NCBI GenBank assembly: GCA_046734755.1
Contig: JBKPRY010000145.1
Span: forward strand, 1 to 50,439
Direction: 5' to 3'
From: Actinomycetota bacterium
GTDB lineage: Bacteria; Actinomycetota; UBA4738; HRBIN12
Length of the DNA: 50,439 nt
The translations under genes were made by a program, and so were the position numbers. Below the pieces are notes generated by a model. The model worked only from the letters and a program-made list of their open reading frames with translations. It did not search any database and was not told the DNA's origin. Positions within the stretch are counted from its first letter, which is position 1. Each line of letters opens with the position of its first letter. Positions 33,929 to 45,803 of this stretch are shown here, one piece after another.

Positions 33929-34960
33929 CTAGGACACGGTCCAGGTGTCGCCAGAGTGCAGCAGCTTGTCCACGCTCCCCGGCCCCAGTCGCTCGACCGC
34001 ATGCTCGATCTGCGCGGTCATGGCCTCGCCGTAGACGGGCCGCTCCACCTGGCGGAACACGCCGATGCAGGTGGGCTCGTTCGGCCCTCGCGACAGCTGG
34101 GCCAGCGCGAACGCGAGCGATGGACGACCCTGCGCGTCGAACACCACGATCGTGTCCTCCGGCGTGCTCGCGGTCTCGGTGATCACGAGCCGGCCGTTCT
34201 CGCCGACCGAGACGCAGCGGCTCCCCTCGTCGAAGATGACCGGCTGGTCGTCCTCCAGGCGGATCTGGTTGTGCGCGCCCTGCGGCTTCTCACGAAGCAG
34301 GTCGAACGCGCCGTCGTTGAACACGTTGCAGTTCTGGTAGATCTCGACGAACGCGCTGCCCTGGTGCGCCGCGGCCTGGCGGAGCACCTGCGAGAGGTGC
34401 TGCCGGTCGTTGTCCATGGTGCGCGCGACGAACGTCGCCTCGGCGCCGAGGGCCAACGCGATCGGGTTGAACGGGTGGTCCACCGACCCGAACGGTGTCG
34501 ACTTCGTGACCTTGCCCTCCTCCGAGGTCGGCGAGTACTGGCCCTTGGTCAGCCCGTAGATCTGGTTGTTGAACAAGAGGATCTTCAGGTTCACGTTGCG
34601 GCGAAGGGCGTGGATCAGGTGGTTGCCGCCGATCGACAGGCCGTCGCCGTCCCCCGTGATCACCCAGACCGACAGATCCGGCCTCGCCGTGGCGATCCCG
34701 GTGGCCAGCGCCGGCGCGCGCCCGTGGATGCCGTGCACGCCGTAGGTGTCCATGTAGTACGTGAACCGACCCGAGCAGCCGATCCCCGAGACGAACACGG
34801 TCCGATCCGGTTCGATCCCGAGCTCGGGCATGAAGCCCTGCACCGTCGACAGGATCGCGTAGTCCCCGCAGCCCGGGCACCATCGCACCTCCTGGTCGCT
34901 CGTGAAGGCCTTCTTCGTCAGCGTCCCGACCGCTCCGCCGCCGTTGCCGATGTCACTCAT
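33929..34960 (-). CDS. korB: 2-oxoacid:ferredoxin oxidoreductase, beta (TPP-binding) subunit
   Basis: ATG at 34960 lies 7 nt after the korA stop; ATG 35005 is an alternative. Motifs are WCPGCGDY, GIGCSGRF and ITGDGDGLSIGGNH. Confidence 0.88.
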   Translation of the reverse strand: MSDIGNGGGAVGTLTKKAFTSDQEVRWCPGCGDYAILSTVQGFMPELGIEPDRTVFVSGIGCSGRFTYYMDTYGVHGIHGRAPALATGIATARPDLSVWVITGDGDGLSIGGNHLIHALRRNVNLKILLFNNQIYGLTKGQYSPTSEEGKVTKSTPFGSVDHPFNPIALALGAEATFVARTMDNDRQHLSQVLRQAAAHQGSAFVEIYQNCNVFNDGAFDLLREKPQGAHNQIRLEDDQPVIFDEGSRCVSVGENGRLVITETASTPEDTIVVFDAQGRPSLAFALAQLSRGPNEPTCIGVFRQVERPVYGEAMTAQIEHAVERLGPGSVDKLLHSGDTWTVS

Positions 34961-34967
34961 CCGTCCA

Positions 34968-36854
34968 TCACCTTCTGTCCCCGCCCACTCGTTCGCCGCC
35001 GCCAACCCGCGTCTCCTCCCCGACCACCCGCAGGATCTCGTCCTCGAGCTCCTCGGCGAAGATGGGCTGCCCCTGCACCTTGGAGAAGGTCTTGGCGTCG
35101 ACCAGATGCTCCGATCGGATCAGCATCGCGAGCTGCCCGGTATTCATCTCGGGGATCAACACCTTCGCGTATCGCTTCACGATCTCGCCGGTGTTGGCCG
35201 GCATCGGGTTCAGGTGGACCAGGTGCGCGGTCGCGACCTTGCGTCCTTGTTCGCGAACGCGCCTCGCGGCCGCAAGGATCGTCCCGTAGGTCGATCCCCA
35301 GCCGAGCACGAGGAGCTCCGCGCCCCCGTCGGGATCGTCGACCTCGAGCGGCGGGATCTCGTCGACGATCTTCGCGACCTTCGCCGCCCGCAGTTGGGTC
35401 ATGCGCTCGTGGTTCTCGGGCTCGTAGCTGATGTCGCCGGTCCCGTCCTCCTTCTCGAGCCCCCCGATCCGATGTCGAAGCCCCGGCGTCCCTGGGATCG
35501 CCCACGGGCGGGCGAGCTTCTCGTCGCGCAGATAGGGCAGGAACTCCTGCCCGGCATTCGGTCCGGTCGCGAACGCCGGGTCGATCGCCGGAAGGCTCTC
35601 GACATCCGGGAGCCTCCACGGCTCGGACGAGTTCGCGAGGAAGGTGTCGGACAGCAGGATGACGGGCGTCCGGTATGTGATCGCGATCCGCGCGGCCTCG
35701 ATCGCCGCATCGAAGCAGTGGGACGGGGAACGCGCCGCGACGATCGGCATCGGCGACTCCCCGTGGCGACCGAACAGCGCGAGCAGCAGGTCGGCCTGCT
35801 CGGTCTTGGTCGGCATCCCGGTCGACGGCCCGGCACGCTGGACGTCGACGATCACCATCGGCAGCTCCAGCGTCACGGCCAGCCCGAGCGTCTCGGCCTT
35901 CAGGTCCATCCCCGGCCCGCTCGTCCCGGTCACGCCGAGGTCACCGGCGAACGCCGCCCCGAGCGCCACGTTGGCGGCTGCGATCTCGTCCTCGGCCTGC
36001 AGGGTCATCACGTTGAAGTTCTTGAGCCGCGAGAGCTCGTGGAGCAGCTCGGAGGCCGGCGTGATCGGGTAGCTCGCGTAGAACAGCTGCAGACCGCTTC
36101 GCTCGGCCGCCGCGACGAGGCCCCACGCGAGCGCCTGCGCGCCCGACACGTTGCGGTAGGTGCCCGGCTCGGCCGGTGCCGGCTTGACCTCGTACGAGGT
36201 CGCGAACAGCTCCGTGGTCTCGCCGAAGTTGTAGCCCGCCTTGAAGGCGGCCACGTTGGCGTCGTACAGCTGCTCCTTGTCGCCGAACTTCTTGTGCAGC
36301 CAGTTGAGGGTGACGTCGGTCGGGCGCCCGTACATCCACGACACGAGCCCGAGGGCGAACATGTTCTTGGAGCGCTCCGCCTCCTTGCGGGTGAGCCCGA
36401 GCTCCTCGACGGCACGAACGGTGATCGAGGTCATCGGGACCCGGTAGATCTGGTAGCCGTCGAGCGCCCCGTCGGCGAGCGGATCGGAGGTGTAGCCCGC
36501 CTTCTGCAGGTTCCGCTCCGTGAACGCGTCCTCGTTGACGATGATCGTCCCGCCCTTCTCGACCGAGCCGAGCTCGGCCTTCAGGGCCGCCGGGTTCATC
36601 GCGACCAGGACGTTCGGGTGGTCGCCGGGCGTGAGGATGTCGCTCGAGGCGAACTGGATCTGGAACGCCGAGACCCCGTGGACGGTGCCGGCGGGGGCCC
36701 TGATCTCGGCCGGGAAGTCCGGCATCGTCGCGAGGTCGTTGCCAAGGACCGCCGTGGCATTGGTGAACCGATCCCCCGTCAGCTGCATCCCGTCGCCGGA
36801 ATCGCCGGCGAACCGGATCACGACGCGCTGCTTCTCCTCCACCTGCTTGGTCAT
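34968..36854 (-). CDS. korA: 2-oxoacid:ferredoxin oxidoreductase, alpha subunit
   Basis: ATG at 36854 gives MTKQVEEKQRVVIRFAGDSGDGMQLTG, the typical KorA N-terminus. The protein is 628 aa. Confidence 0.9.
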   Translation of the reverse strand: MTKQVEEKQRVVIRFAGDSGDGMQLTGDRFTNATAVLGNDLATMPDFPAEIRAPAGTVHGVSAFQIQFASSDILTPGDHPNVLVAMNPAALKAELGSVEKGGTIIVNEDAFTERNLQKAGYTSDPLADGALDGYQIYRVPMTSITVRAVEELGLTRKEAERSKNMFALGLVSWMYGRPTDVTLNWLHKKFGDKEQLYDANVAAFKAGYNFGETTELFATSYEVKPAPAEPGTYRNVSGAQALAWGLVAAAERSGLQLFYASYPITPASELLHELSRLKNFNVMTLQAEDEIAAANVALGAAFAGDLGVTGTSGPGMDLKAETLGLAVTLELPMVIVDVQRAGPSTGMPTKTEQADLLLALFGRHGESPMPIVAARSPSHCFDAAIEAARIAITYRTPVILLSDTFLANSSEPWRLPDVESLPAIDPAFATGPNAGQEFLPYLRDEKLARPWAIPGTPGLRHRIGGLEKEDGTGDISYEPENHERMTQLRAAKVAKIVDEIPPLEVDDPDGGAELLVLGWGSTYGTILAAARRVREQGRKVATAHLVHLNPMPANTGEIVKRYAKVLIPEMNTGQLAMLIRSEHLVDAKTFSKVQGQPIFAEELEDEILRVVGEETRVGGGERVGGDRR

Positions 36855-37016
36855 CGTCGCCGGGCGTGGCCCGGCCGCCTCCTCCGGATCGGATCGTGAG
36901 GATCGCTGCACACCTAGCGTACCGCGCACCCACGGAGGGGACAGGTCCACCGGCTAGATTGGCGCGGAGCCGTGCGACCACCCTACGGCGGACCAGCACA
37001 CACACGGAGGACGAGC

Positions 37017-37964
37017 ATGCGGACGAGGCGGTTGGGTTCGAGGGGTCCGGAACTGTCCGCGATCGGGTTCGGGGCCTGGGAGGCGGGAGGCGGATCCGAA
37101 TGGGGCCACTCGCCCCCCGAGGAGCAGGTGCTCGAGGCGATCCGGACGGTGTTCGAAACCGGGATCGATTGGATCGACACGGCGGAGGTCTACGGCCGGG
37201 GCAGGTCCGAGGAGCTGGTGGCGAGGGCCGTCGCCGGCCGGCGGGACGAGGTCATGATCGCCACCAAGGTCGCCCCGCGGCCGGAGGGTTCGGGCTTTCG
37301 GGCCGCGCAGGTGCGTTCGGCCTGTGAGGGGAGCCTCCGGCGGCTCGGCACCGACCACGTCGACCTGTACCAGCTCCACTGGCCCGACGAGCGCGGCGTC
37401 CCCGTCGAGGAGACCTGGGGCGAGATGGCCGCGCTGCTGGACGAGGGCCTCGTCCGATCCATCGGCGTCTCGAACTTCGACCGCGCGCTGATCGAACGAT
37501 GCGAGGCGATCCGCCACGTCGATTCGCTCCAACAGGAGTTCTCGATGCTCAGGCTGGAGGATCGCGACCTGATCGGATGGTGTGGCGAGCAGGGCACGGG
37601 TGTGCTCTCCTACGGCCCGCTCGCCTACGGGCTCCTCACGGGAGCGATCACGTCCGAGACGCGATTCGACGAGGGCGACTTCCGCGGAGGCGAGGAGGAG
37701 GGGGGCTCGCTGTTCGCCCGGGCCAACCGAGAGCGCAACCTCGCCCTGGTGGAGGGTCTGCGACCGATCGCGCAGCGACTCGGGATCACCCTCGCCCAGC
37801 TCACGCTCGCGTGGAACGTGGCGCAAGCGGGGGTGACCGCGGCCATCGCGGGGACCCGGAACCCCGACCACGTTCGTTCGAACGCCGCGGCGGGCGACAT
37901 CGTCCTGGACGAACCGACCCTCGTCGAGCTTGACGCGGTACTCTCGCGGACGGCTCCCGGATAG
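37017..37964 (+). CDS. Aldo/keto reductase
   Basis: ATG at 37017 is preceded by GGAGGACGAGC. The sequence is MRTRRLGSRGPELSAIGFGAW...IDTAEVYG...VDLYQLHWPD. Confidence 0.88.
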   Translation: MRTRRLGSRGPELSAIGFGAWEAGGGSEWGHSPPEEQVLEAIRTVFETGIDWIDTAEVYGRGRSEELVARAVAGRRDEVMIATKVAPRPEGSGFRAAQVRSACEGSLRRLGTDHVDLYQLHWPDERGVPVEETWGEMAALLDEGLVRSIGVSNFDRALIERCEAIRHVDSLQQEFSMLRLEDRDLIGWCGEQGTGVLSYGPLAYGLLTGAITSETRFDEGDFRGGEEEGGSLFARANRERNLALVEGLRPIAQRLGITLAQLTLAWNVAQAGVTAAIAGTRNPDHVRSNAAAGDIVLDEPTLVELDAVLSRTAPG

Positions 37965-37977
37965 AAAGGTCATCGGG

Positions 37978-39006
37978 TTGGCGTACCGACGGATCGTGGT
38001 GGCGACCGACGGATCGGACTCGGCGGAGACGGCCGAGACGATCGCCTCGACCCTGGCGTCGATCGGCGGGGCCCACCTCACGATCGCCCATGCCTACGCG
38101 AACCCCGATCGGGCGAGCGAGGCCGTCGCCAGGGCCGAGGAGATCGCCGACCGCGAGGGGGCCCGTCACGAGCTCGCACTGTCCGCCGAGCCGCCGGCGG
38201 ACGCCATCCTCATGACGGCGGACGAGAAGGAAGCGGAGCTCATCGTGATCGGGAGCGTCGGGTTCTCGACGTCCGACCAGCTGTTCGGCAGCGTGTCGCG
38301 GCGGGTCGTGACGCACGCGCCCTGCGATGTGCTGCTCACGCGGGCGCGCACGATCGGCGAAGACGAGAAGCCGGCACCGCCCTATCGGAGGATCCTGATC
38401 GCCACCGACGGCTCCTCCACGGCCGACCGCGCCGCGAGGAAGGGCTACGTGCTCGCGAACGCCCTCAAGGCATCGGTCACGCTGCTGTTCGTCGGGCATC
38501 CGAAGACCGGCGAGCTCGTGCTGCAGGACACCGTCGCGACGATCGGCTCAGAGAGCGGCGTGACCTCGGCGATCGAGATCCGCTCGGGCGACCCCTCCGA
38601 CGAGATCGTCGACGCGGCGGCCACCGAGGGGTTCGACCTCGTGGTCATCGGCAACCGCGGCATGACCGGGGCCAAGGCCGCGATGCTGGGGTCGGTGCCG
38701 AGGGACGTCGCCGAGTCCGCGCCGTGCGACGTGCTGGTCGCGCGGACCGTCGCACAGAACCTGGACGAGATCGGGCCGGACGAGGGAGGGATCGTGAAGA
38801 TGGCCGACCACAAGGTGGCCGTCTACCGGGACAAGAAGGGGAACCTCACGATCCTGTCCGCCAGGTGCACGCACCAGGGCTGCACGGTCAAGTGGGACGC
38901 CTCCGAGCACGGCTGGCTCTGCCCCTGTCACGGGTCGCGGTACTCGGCCACCGGTCAGGTCGTGGCGGGGCCGGCGGAGCGGCCGCTCCAGCCGACCGAC
39001 CTGTAG
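37978..39006 (+). CDS. Tandem universal stress protein domains fused to a C-terminal Rieske [2Fe-2S] domain
   Basis: A TTG at 37978 (GAAAGG 8 nt upstream) gives LAYRRIVVATDGS. The track start TTG 37930 would overlap the AKR gene. Two USP modules are visible (IVVATDGS...VIGSVG...APCDVLL and ILIATDGS...VIGNRG...APCDVLV). The Rieske boxes are CTHQGC and CPCHGSRY. Confidence 0.8.
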   Translation: MAYRRIVVATDGSDSAETAETIASTLASIGGAHLTIAHAYANPDRASEAVARAEEIADREGARHELALSAEPPADAILMTADEKEAELIVIGSVGFSTSDQLFGSVSRRVVTHAPCDVLLTRARTIGEDEKPAPPYRRILIATDGSSTADRAARKGYVLANALKASVTLLFVGHPKTGELVLQDTVATIGSESGVTSAIEIRSGDPSDEIVDAAATEGFDLVVIGNRGMTGAKAAMLGSVPRDVAESAPCDVLVARTVAQNLDEIGPDEGGIVKMADHKVAVYRDKKGNLTILSARCTHQGCTVKWDASEHGWLCPCHGSRYSATGQVVAGPAERPLQPTDL

Positions 39007-39013
39007 CGCGTCG

Positions 39014-39505
39014 TCACAGGACGACGAACGGCTTGAAGATCATCAGCCAGGCGATGGCCGCGAGCACTGCGACGCCGAACACGGCGTTCCACAGGCCGAT
39101 CGGCGACCGGAGGATCTCGTCGAGCTCCTCGTCGCTGCGGCGCGGCACGCCGGACGGCCGAACCTCGATCGCCTCCTTCACCCGCTTGTAATACGGCCGG
39201 CCCACGGCCGACATCTCGGCGATCGCCACGACCAACAGTCCGACCGAGATCCAGAACCAGCCGTCGTTCCACCACTCGCCCTGGATCCCGGCGATCACGC
39301 CGAACACGATCAGCCACAGCAGCGCTACGTACATGCCCCTGAGGGACGAGCCCGACAGTTGCGTCATGGTGGCGATACGCGCCCGGTCCCGCTCGGTGCG
39401 AAGCTGGAGGGCAACCATCATTGAGACGCCGTGGAACATCACGAACGCGATCACGCCGGCGACGTGCAAGAACTTCCACCAGGTGTAGGCGGGGAACGCC
39501 AGCAT
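39014..39505 (-). CDS. DUF2269-like integral membrane protein (second copy)
   Basis: ATG at 39505 shares one nucleotide with the upstream stop (TGATG). The protein is MLAFPAYTWWKFLHVAGVIAF...LMIFKPFVVL, 163 aa, with about 4 TM segments. Confidence 0.75.
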   Translation of the reverse strand: MLAFPAYTWWKFLHVAGVIAFVMFHGVSMMVALQLRTERDRARIATMTQLSGSSLRGMYVALLWLIVFGVIAGIQGEWWNDGWFWISVGLLVVAIAEMSAVGRPYYKRVKEAIEVRPSGVPRRSDEELDEILRSPIGLWNAVFGVAVLAAIAWLMIFKPFVVL

Positions 39506-40032
39506 CACGCGGTGACGGTCTTCTCGGCCTCGCGGAGCCGGCGAGCCACCACGGCCAGGATCTTGCCGGCCACGTCGGGCTCCTCCCGAACGACCTTGTC
39601 GAACGAGGCCTTGAAGAGCCGGATCGCGACGACGGGCGTCTCGGCGATCACCGAGGCGGTCCTCGGTCCGCCGTCGAGCAGCGAGATCTCGCCGAAGAAC
39701 TCGCCCGGCCCCGCGCGCGCGATCGTGCGGTCGCCCCGCACGACCCGAACCTCTCCCTCGACGATGACGAAGAAGGTGCCGCCCGGGTGGTCGGCCTCGA
39801 CGATGATCTCCCGCTCGCGGAACGAGATCTCGTCGGCGTGGTCGGCGATTTGCTTCAGGTGCCTGCGCGACAGCCCCTCGAATAGCGGGACCTGCGCGAG
39901 TAGGTCGGCTCCCCGCTTGCCGAGCGGCCGGTCCGGCCGGGATCGCCCCGAGGGCGCGGACTCTCCGATCCCGCCGGTCGCGATCGCGCCGGGGACGGCG
40001 CCCGTGAGCGGTTCGAACGCGTCCTTGCCCAC
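39505..40032 (-). CDS. Stand-alone cyclic-nucleotide-binding domain protein
   Basis: GTG at 40032 is preceded by GGAGGA with a 5-nt spacer. The sequence LLAQVPLFEGLSRRHLKQIA...GEFFGEISLLDGGPRTASVIA is a canonical CAP-family cNMP pocket. No HTH or other output domain is present. Confidence 0.8.
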   Translation of the reverse strand: MGKDAFEPLTGAVPGAIATGGIGESAPSGRSRPDRPLGKRGADLLAQVPLFEGLSRRHLKQIADHADEISFREREIIVEADHPGGTFFVIVEGEVRVVRGDRTIARAGPGEFFGEISLLDGGPRTASVIAETPVVAIRLFKASFDKVVREEPDVAGKILAVVARRLREAEKTVTA

Positions 40033-40137
40033 CCGCTTCCTCCACCGGCTCGACGAACCCGGACCCGGCAGCCTACCCCACGTGGCGGCCCCGACGGAAC
40101 GAGGCCTCGCGTGCTGGTCACACCGGAGCGCGGACGC

Positions 40138-40143
40138 TAGCGT
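40138..40143 (+). promoter_or_regulatory. Candidate -10 element TAGCGT placed for a leaderless metH transcript
   Basis: It fits the TANNNT pattern and ends 6 nt before the metH ATG. No SD-like purine run precedes the ATG. Confidence 0.3.
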
Positions 40144-40149
40144 TGACCC

Positions 40150-43773
<3,624 letters not shown>

Positions 43774-43813
43774 CACTTGAAGGACCCACCGGTCGGGCCG
43801 GGCGCTCGCGGCC

Positions 43814-44007
43814 GTGCAGTTCGCCGATGATGCCCTCGAGGCCGACCTCGGTCTGCCCGTCCGAGTGGTCACCGCGTGCAGAGCGAGCGGGATCCTGACA
43901 CGGGCGCTGGGGATCGGCGCGCTCCAGGTCTCGCCCGCGCTCGTGCTGACGGGGACGAGCTGGACGAGCTGCGCGACGGTTTGCTGGAGGCCATCGCCGC
44001 GGCCTGA
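43814..44007 (+). pseudogene. Possible C-terminal remnant of a class-III PLP aminotransferase, frameshifted at a G4 run
   Basis: One frame reads ...VVTACRASGILTRALGIGALQVSPALVLTG. After the gggg run at 43951..43954, the neighbouring frame continues DELDELRDGLLEAIAAA followed by a stop at 44005..44007. Joined, the two frames resemble the conserved C-terminal end of class-III aminotransferases (G-x-L-x-R...PPL-x-x-T-x-x-E-L-D). No upstream body exists, because metH ends at 43773. Confidence 0.35.
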
Positions 44008-44041
44008 GGGCGTTCGGGGAGGAAGCGACCCGGGGACGGAG

Positions 44042-44362
44042 CTAGTGGAACGAGTGCCCGCAGGCGCAGGAGCCTTGGGCGACCGGGTTGTCGATCGTGA
44101 ACCCCGAGGCCTCGAGCGAGTCGACGAAGTCGATCTTGGCCTCGGAGAGGTAGGGCACGCTCATGCGGTCGATCACGACGCGGACCCCGAACTGCTCCTC
44201 GGCGACGTCCTTCTCCGTGAGCTGATCGTCCAGATACATCGCGTACCGAAGGCCCGAGCACCCGCCGGGCTGGACGGCAACTCGCAGCGCGATGTCCGAG
44301 CGTCCCTCCTCGACCAGGAGCTCCTTGACCTTGCCGGCTGCGGATTCGGTCAGCTGGATCAT
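44042..44362 (-). CDS. erpA: Iron-sulfur cluster insertion protein (HesB/IscA/ErpA family)
   Basis: ATG at 44362 is preceded by GGAGGAACG. The sequence is MIQLTESAAGKVKELL...GGCSGLRY...GSCACGHSF, 106 aa. Confidence 0.88.
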   Translation of the reverse strand: MIQLTESAAGKVKELLVEEGRSDIALRVAVQPGGCSGLRYAMYLDDQLTEKDVAEEQFGVRVVIDRMSVPYLSEAKIDFVDSLEASGFTIDNPVAQGSCACGHSFH

Positions 44363-44403
44363 CGTTCCTCCGTAGGAGACGGTGTGATGCTCGCCCGATG
44401 ATT

Positions 44404-44907
44404 CTAACGGTTCGGCGGGACGTTCTCGTCTCGGGATGCCGTTTCCTTCAGGTCGACGACCTCCGCCTCGGTGGTCCGTCGGAGCTCGACCGCCGTGGTC
44501 CGGAAGACCGCGTCCGGGGTGCCCGCCGCCGCCCAGATCTCCTCGAACACCAGGAGGTCGGGGTCCAGGAACGTCCGGATGGGCCTCGGGAAACCGAACG
44601 GGGGCGTCCCCCCCACCGCGAACCCCGTGGCGGCTCGTGCCTCCTCCGGGTCGGCCCGGCGAGCCGCCGAGGCGCCAGCAAGGATCGCCAGCCGGCCGAC
44701 GTCGACCCGATTGGCCCCGCTCGTGAGCGCCAGCACCGGCTCGCCGTCGGCGACGAACACGAGCGACTTCACGATCTGCCCCACCTCGCAGCCGATCGCC
44801 CGGGCCGCGTCGGGGGCGGTCTTCGTTCCTTCCGGGAATCGTCGGACGTCGACCGGGTGCCCGAGCACCGTGGCGGCATCGAGGAACCGCTCGATCGCGT
44901 TGCTCAT
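44404..44907 (-). CDS. ybaK: YbaK/EbsC/ProX-type aminoacyl-tRNA editing (deacylase) domain protein
   Basis: ATG at 44907 gives MSNAIERFLDAATVLGHPVDVRRFPEGTKTAPDAARAIGCEVGQIVKSLVF...GGTPPFG. It is the last 167 codons of the 498-aa track ORF. Confidence 0.8.
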   Translation of the reverse strand: MSNAIERFLDAATVLGHPVDVRRFPEGTKTAPDAARAIGCEVGQIVKSLVFVADGEPVLALTSGANRVDVGRLAILAGASAARRADPEEARAATGFAVGGTPPFGFPRPIRTFLDPDLLVFEEIWAAAGTPDAVFRTTAVELRRTTEAEVVDLKETASRDENVPPNR

Positions 44908-44928
44908 GCGGCCAACGATACCGGCCGC

Positions 44929-45789
44929 ATGCCGGCGGGTACGATACGGCCCGAATTGGTGACGTTGGACCGCACCTGGCTGCTCGGGATCGCCCACGCC
45001 GAGCGCGAACGCCTCGGCAGGACGATCCAATACACGCCTCCGGCCGCATGGGACGCCCCGAGCGTCTGCCACGGGTGGCGGAACCGTGACATCATCGCGC
45101 ACCTCGCCGCGCAGGACACGGCGGCGGCCCAGCTCGTCGCCGGGGACTCCGCGGAGGAGTTCGACGCGTTCCGAGAGGCCAACGACGGCGAGCTGTGGGT
45201 GAAGGGCTTCAACGAGTGGGCCGTCGAGGTCCGCAAGGATGTCCCGACCCGTCAGCTGATCACCGATTGGGGCAAGGCGGCCCAGGCCTTCCTCGTCCTG
45301 TGCTCGGGACTGACCGACCACGAGTGGGCATCCAGGAAGGTGGGGTGGGTCGCCGGCGAGATCGGCCTGCGGTACCTCGTGCAGTCCCGCACGATCGAGT
45401 GGTGGTTTCACCAGGAGGACATCCGCGAAGGTGCTGGCCTCGAGGGCAACCCGCAGCACGACCCGGTCTACCTGACGAACGACATGGCGATCCGGATGCT
45501 GCCGTGGGCGCTCGGGCAGGCCGGCTTGTCGTTCCCCGGCCGAAGCATCCGGGTGGACCTGGAGGGGGTCGGCGGGGGAACGTGGCACTGGGGCCTCGAA
45601 CCGAGGACGACGCCCCCGGCGGACAAGAAGCCCGACGCCTTCATCAACGGGCGCGGCACCGCGTTCGCGCTGGTGGCCGGCCGACGGGTGGCGGCCGAGT
45701 CCTACCTCGACGACGGCGACCTGGTCGTGGGTGGGGACGAGGCGCTCGCGATCGTCGTGCTCGAGCAGCTGCGCGCGTTCGTCGAGTAG
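44929..45789 (+). CDS. Mycothiol-dependent maleylpyruvate-isomerase-family (DinB-fold, MDMPI_N) protein
   Basis: ATG at 44929; an alternative GTG is at 44959. The sequence is WLLGIAHAERERLGRTI...WDAPSVCHGWRNRDIIAHLA, the typical N-terminal metal-binding region. Confidence 0.75.
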   Translation: MPAGTIRPELVTLDRTWLLGIAHAERERLGRTIQYTPPAAWDAPSVCHGWRNRDIIAHLAAQDTAAAQLVAGDSAEEFDAFREANDGELWVKGFNEWAVEVRKDVPTRQLITDWGKAAQAFLVLCSGLTDHEWASRKVGWVAGEIGLRYLVQSRTIEWWFHQEDIREGAGLEGNPQHDPVYLTNDMAIRMLPWALGQAGLSFPGRSIRVDLEGVGGGTWHWGLEPRTTPPADKKPDAFINGRGTAFALVAGRRVAAESYLDDGDLVVGGDEALAIVVLEQLRAFVE

Positions 45790-45803
45790 CGCCGGTCTCG
45801 CGG

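Noticed and set aside
40033-40149. Cobalamin or SAM riboswitch upstream of metH
   Set aside because: The region is only 117 nt long. I could not find a B12-box-like element or the conserved helices by eye. Cobalamin riboswitches normally control metE or transport genes rather than metH.
43876-44007. 43-codon GTG-initiated ORF in the metH-erpA gap, considered as a genuine small gene
   Set aside because: It has no SD and an Arg/Ala/Gly-rich N-terminal part. Only its last roughly 17 residues look protein-like, and these are better explained as part of a frameshifted aminotransferase remnant.
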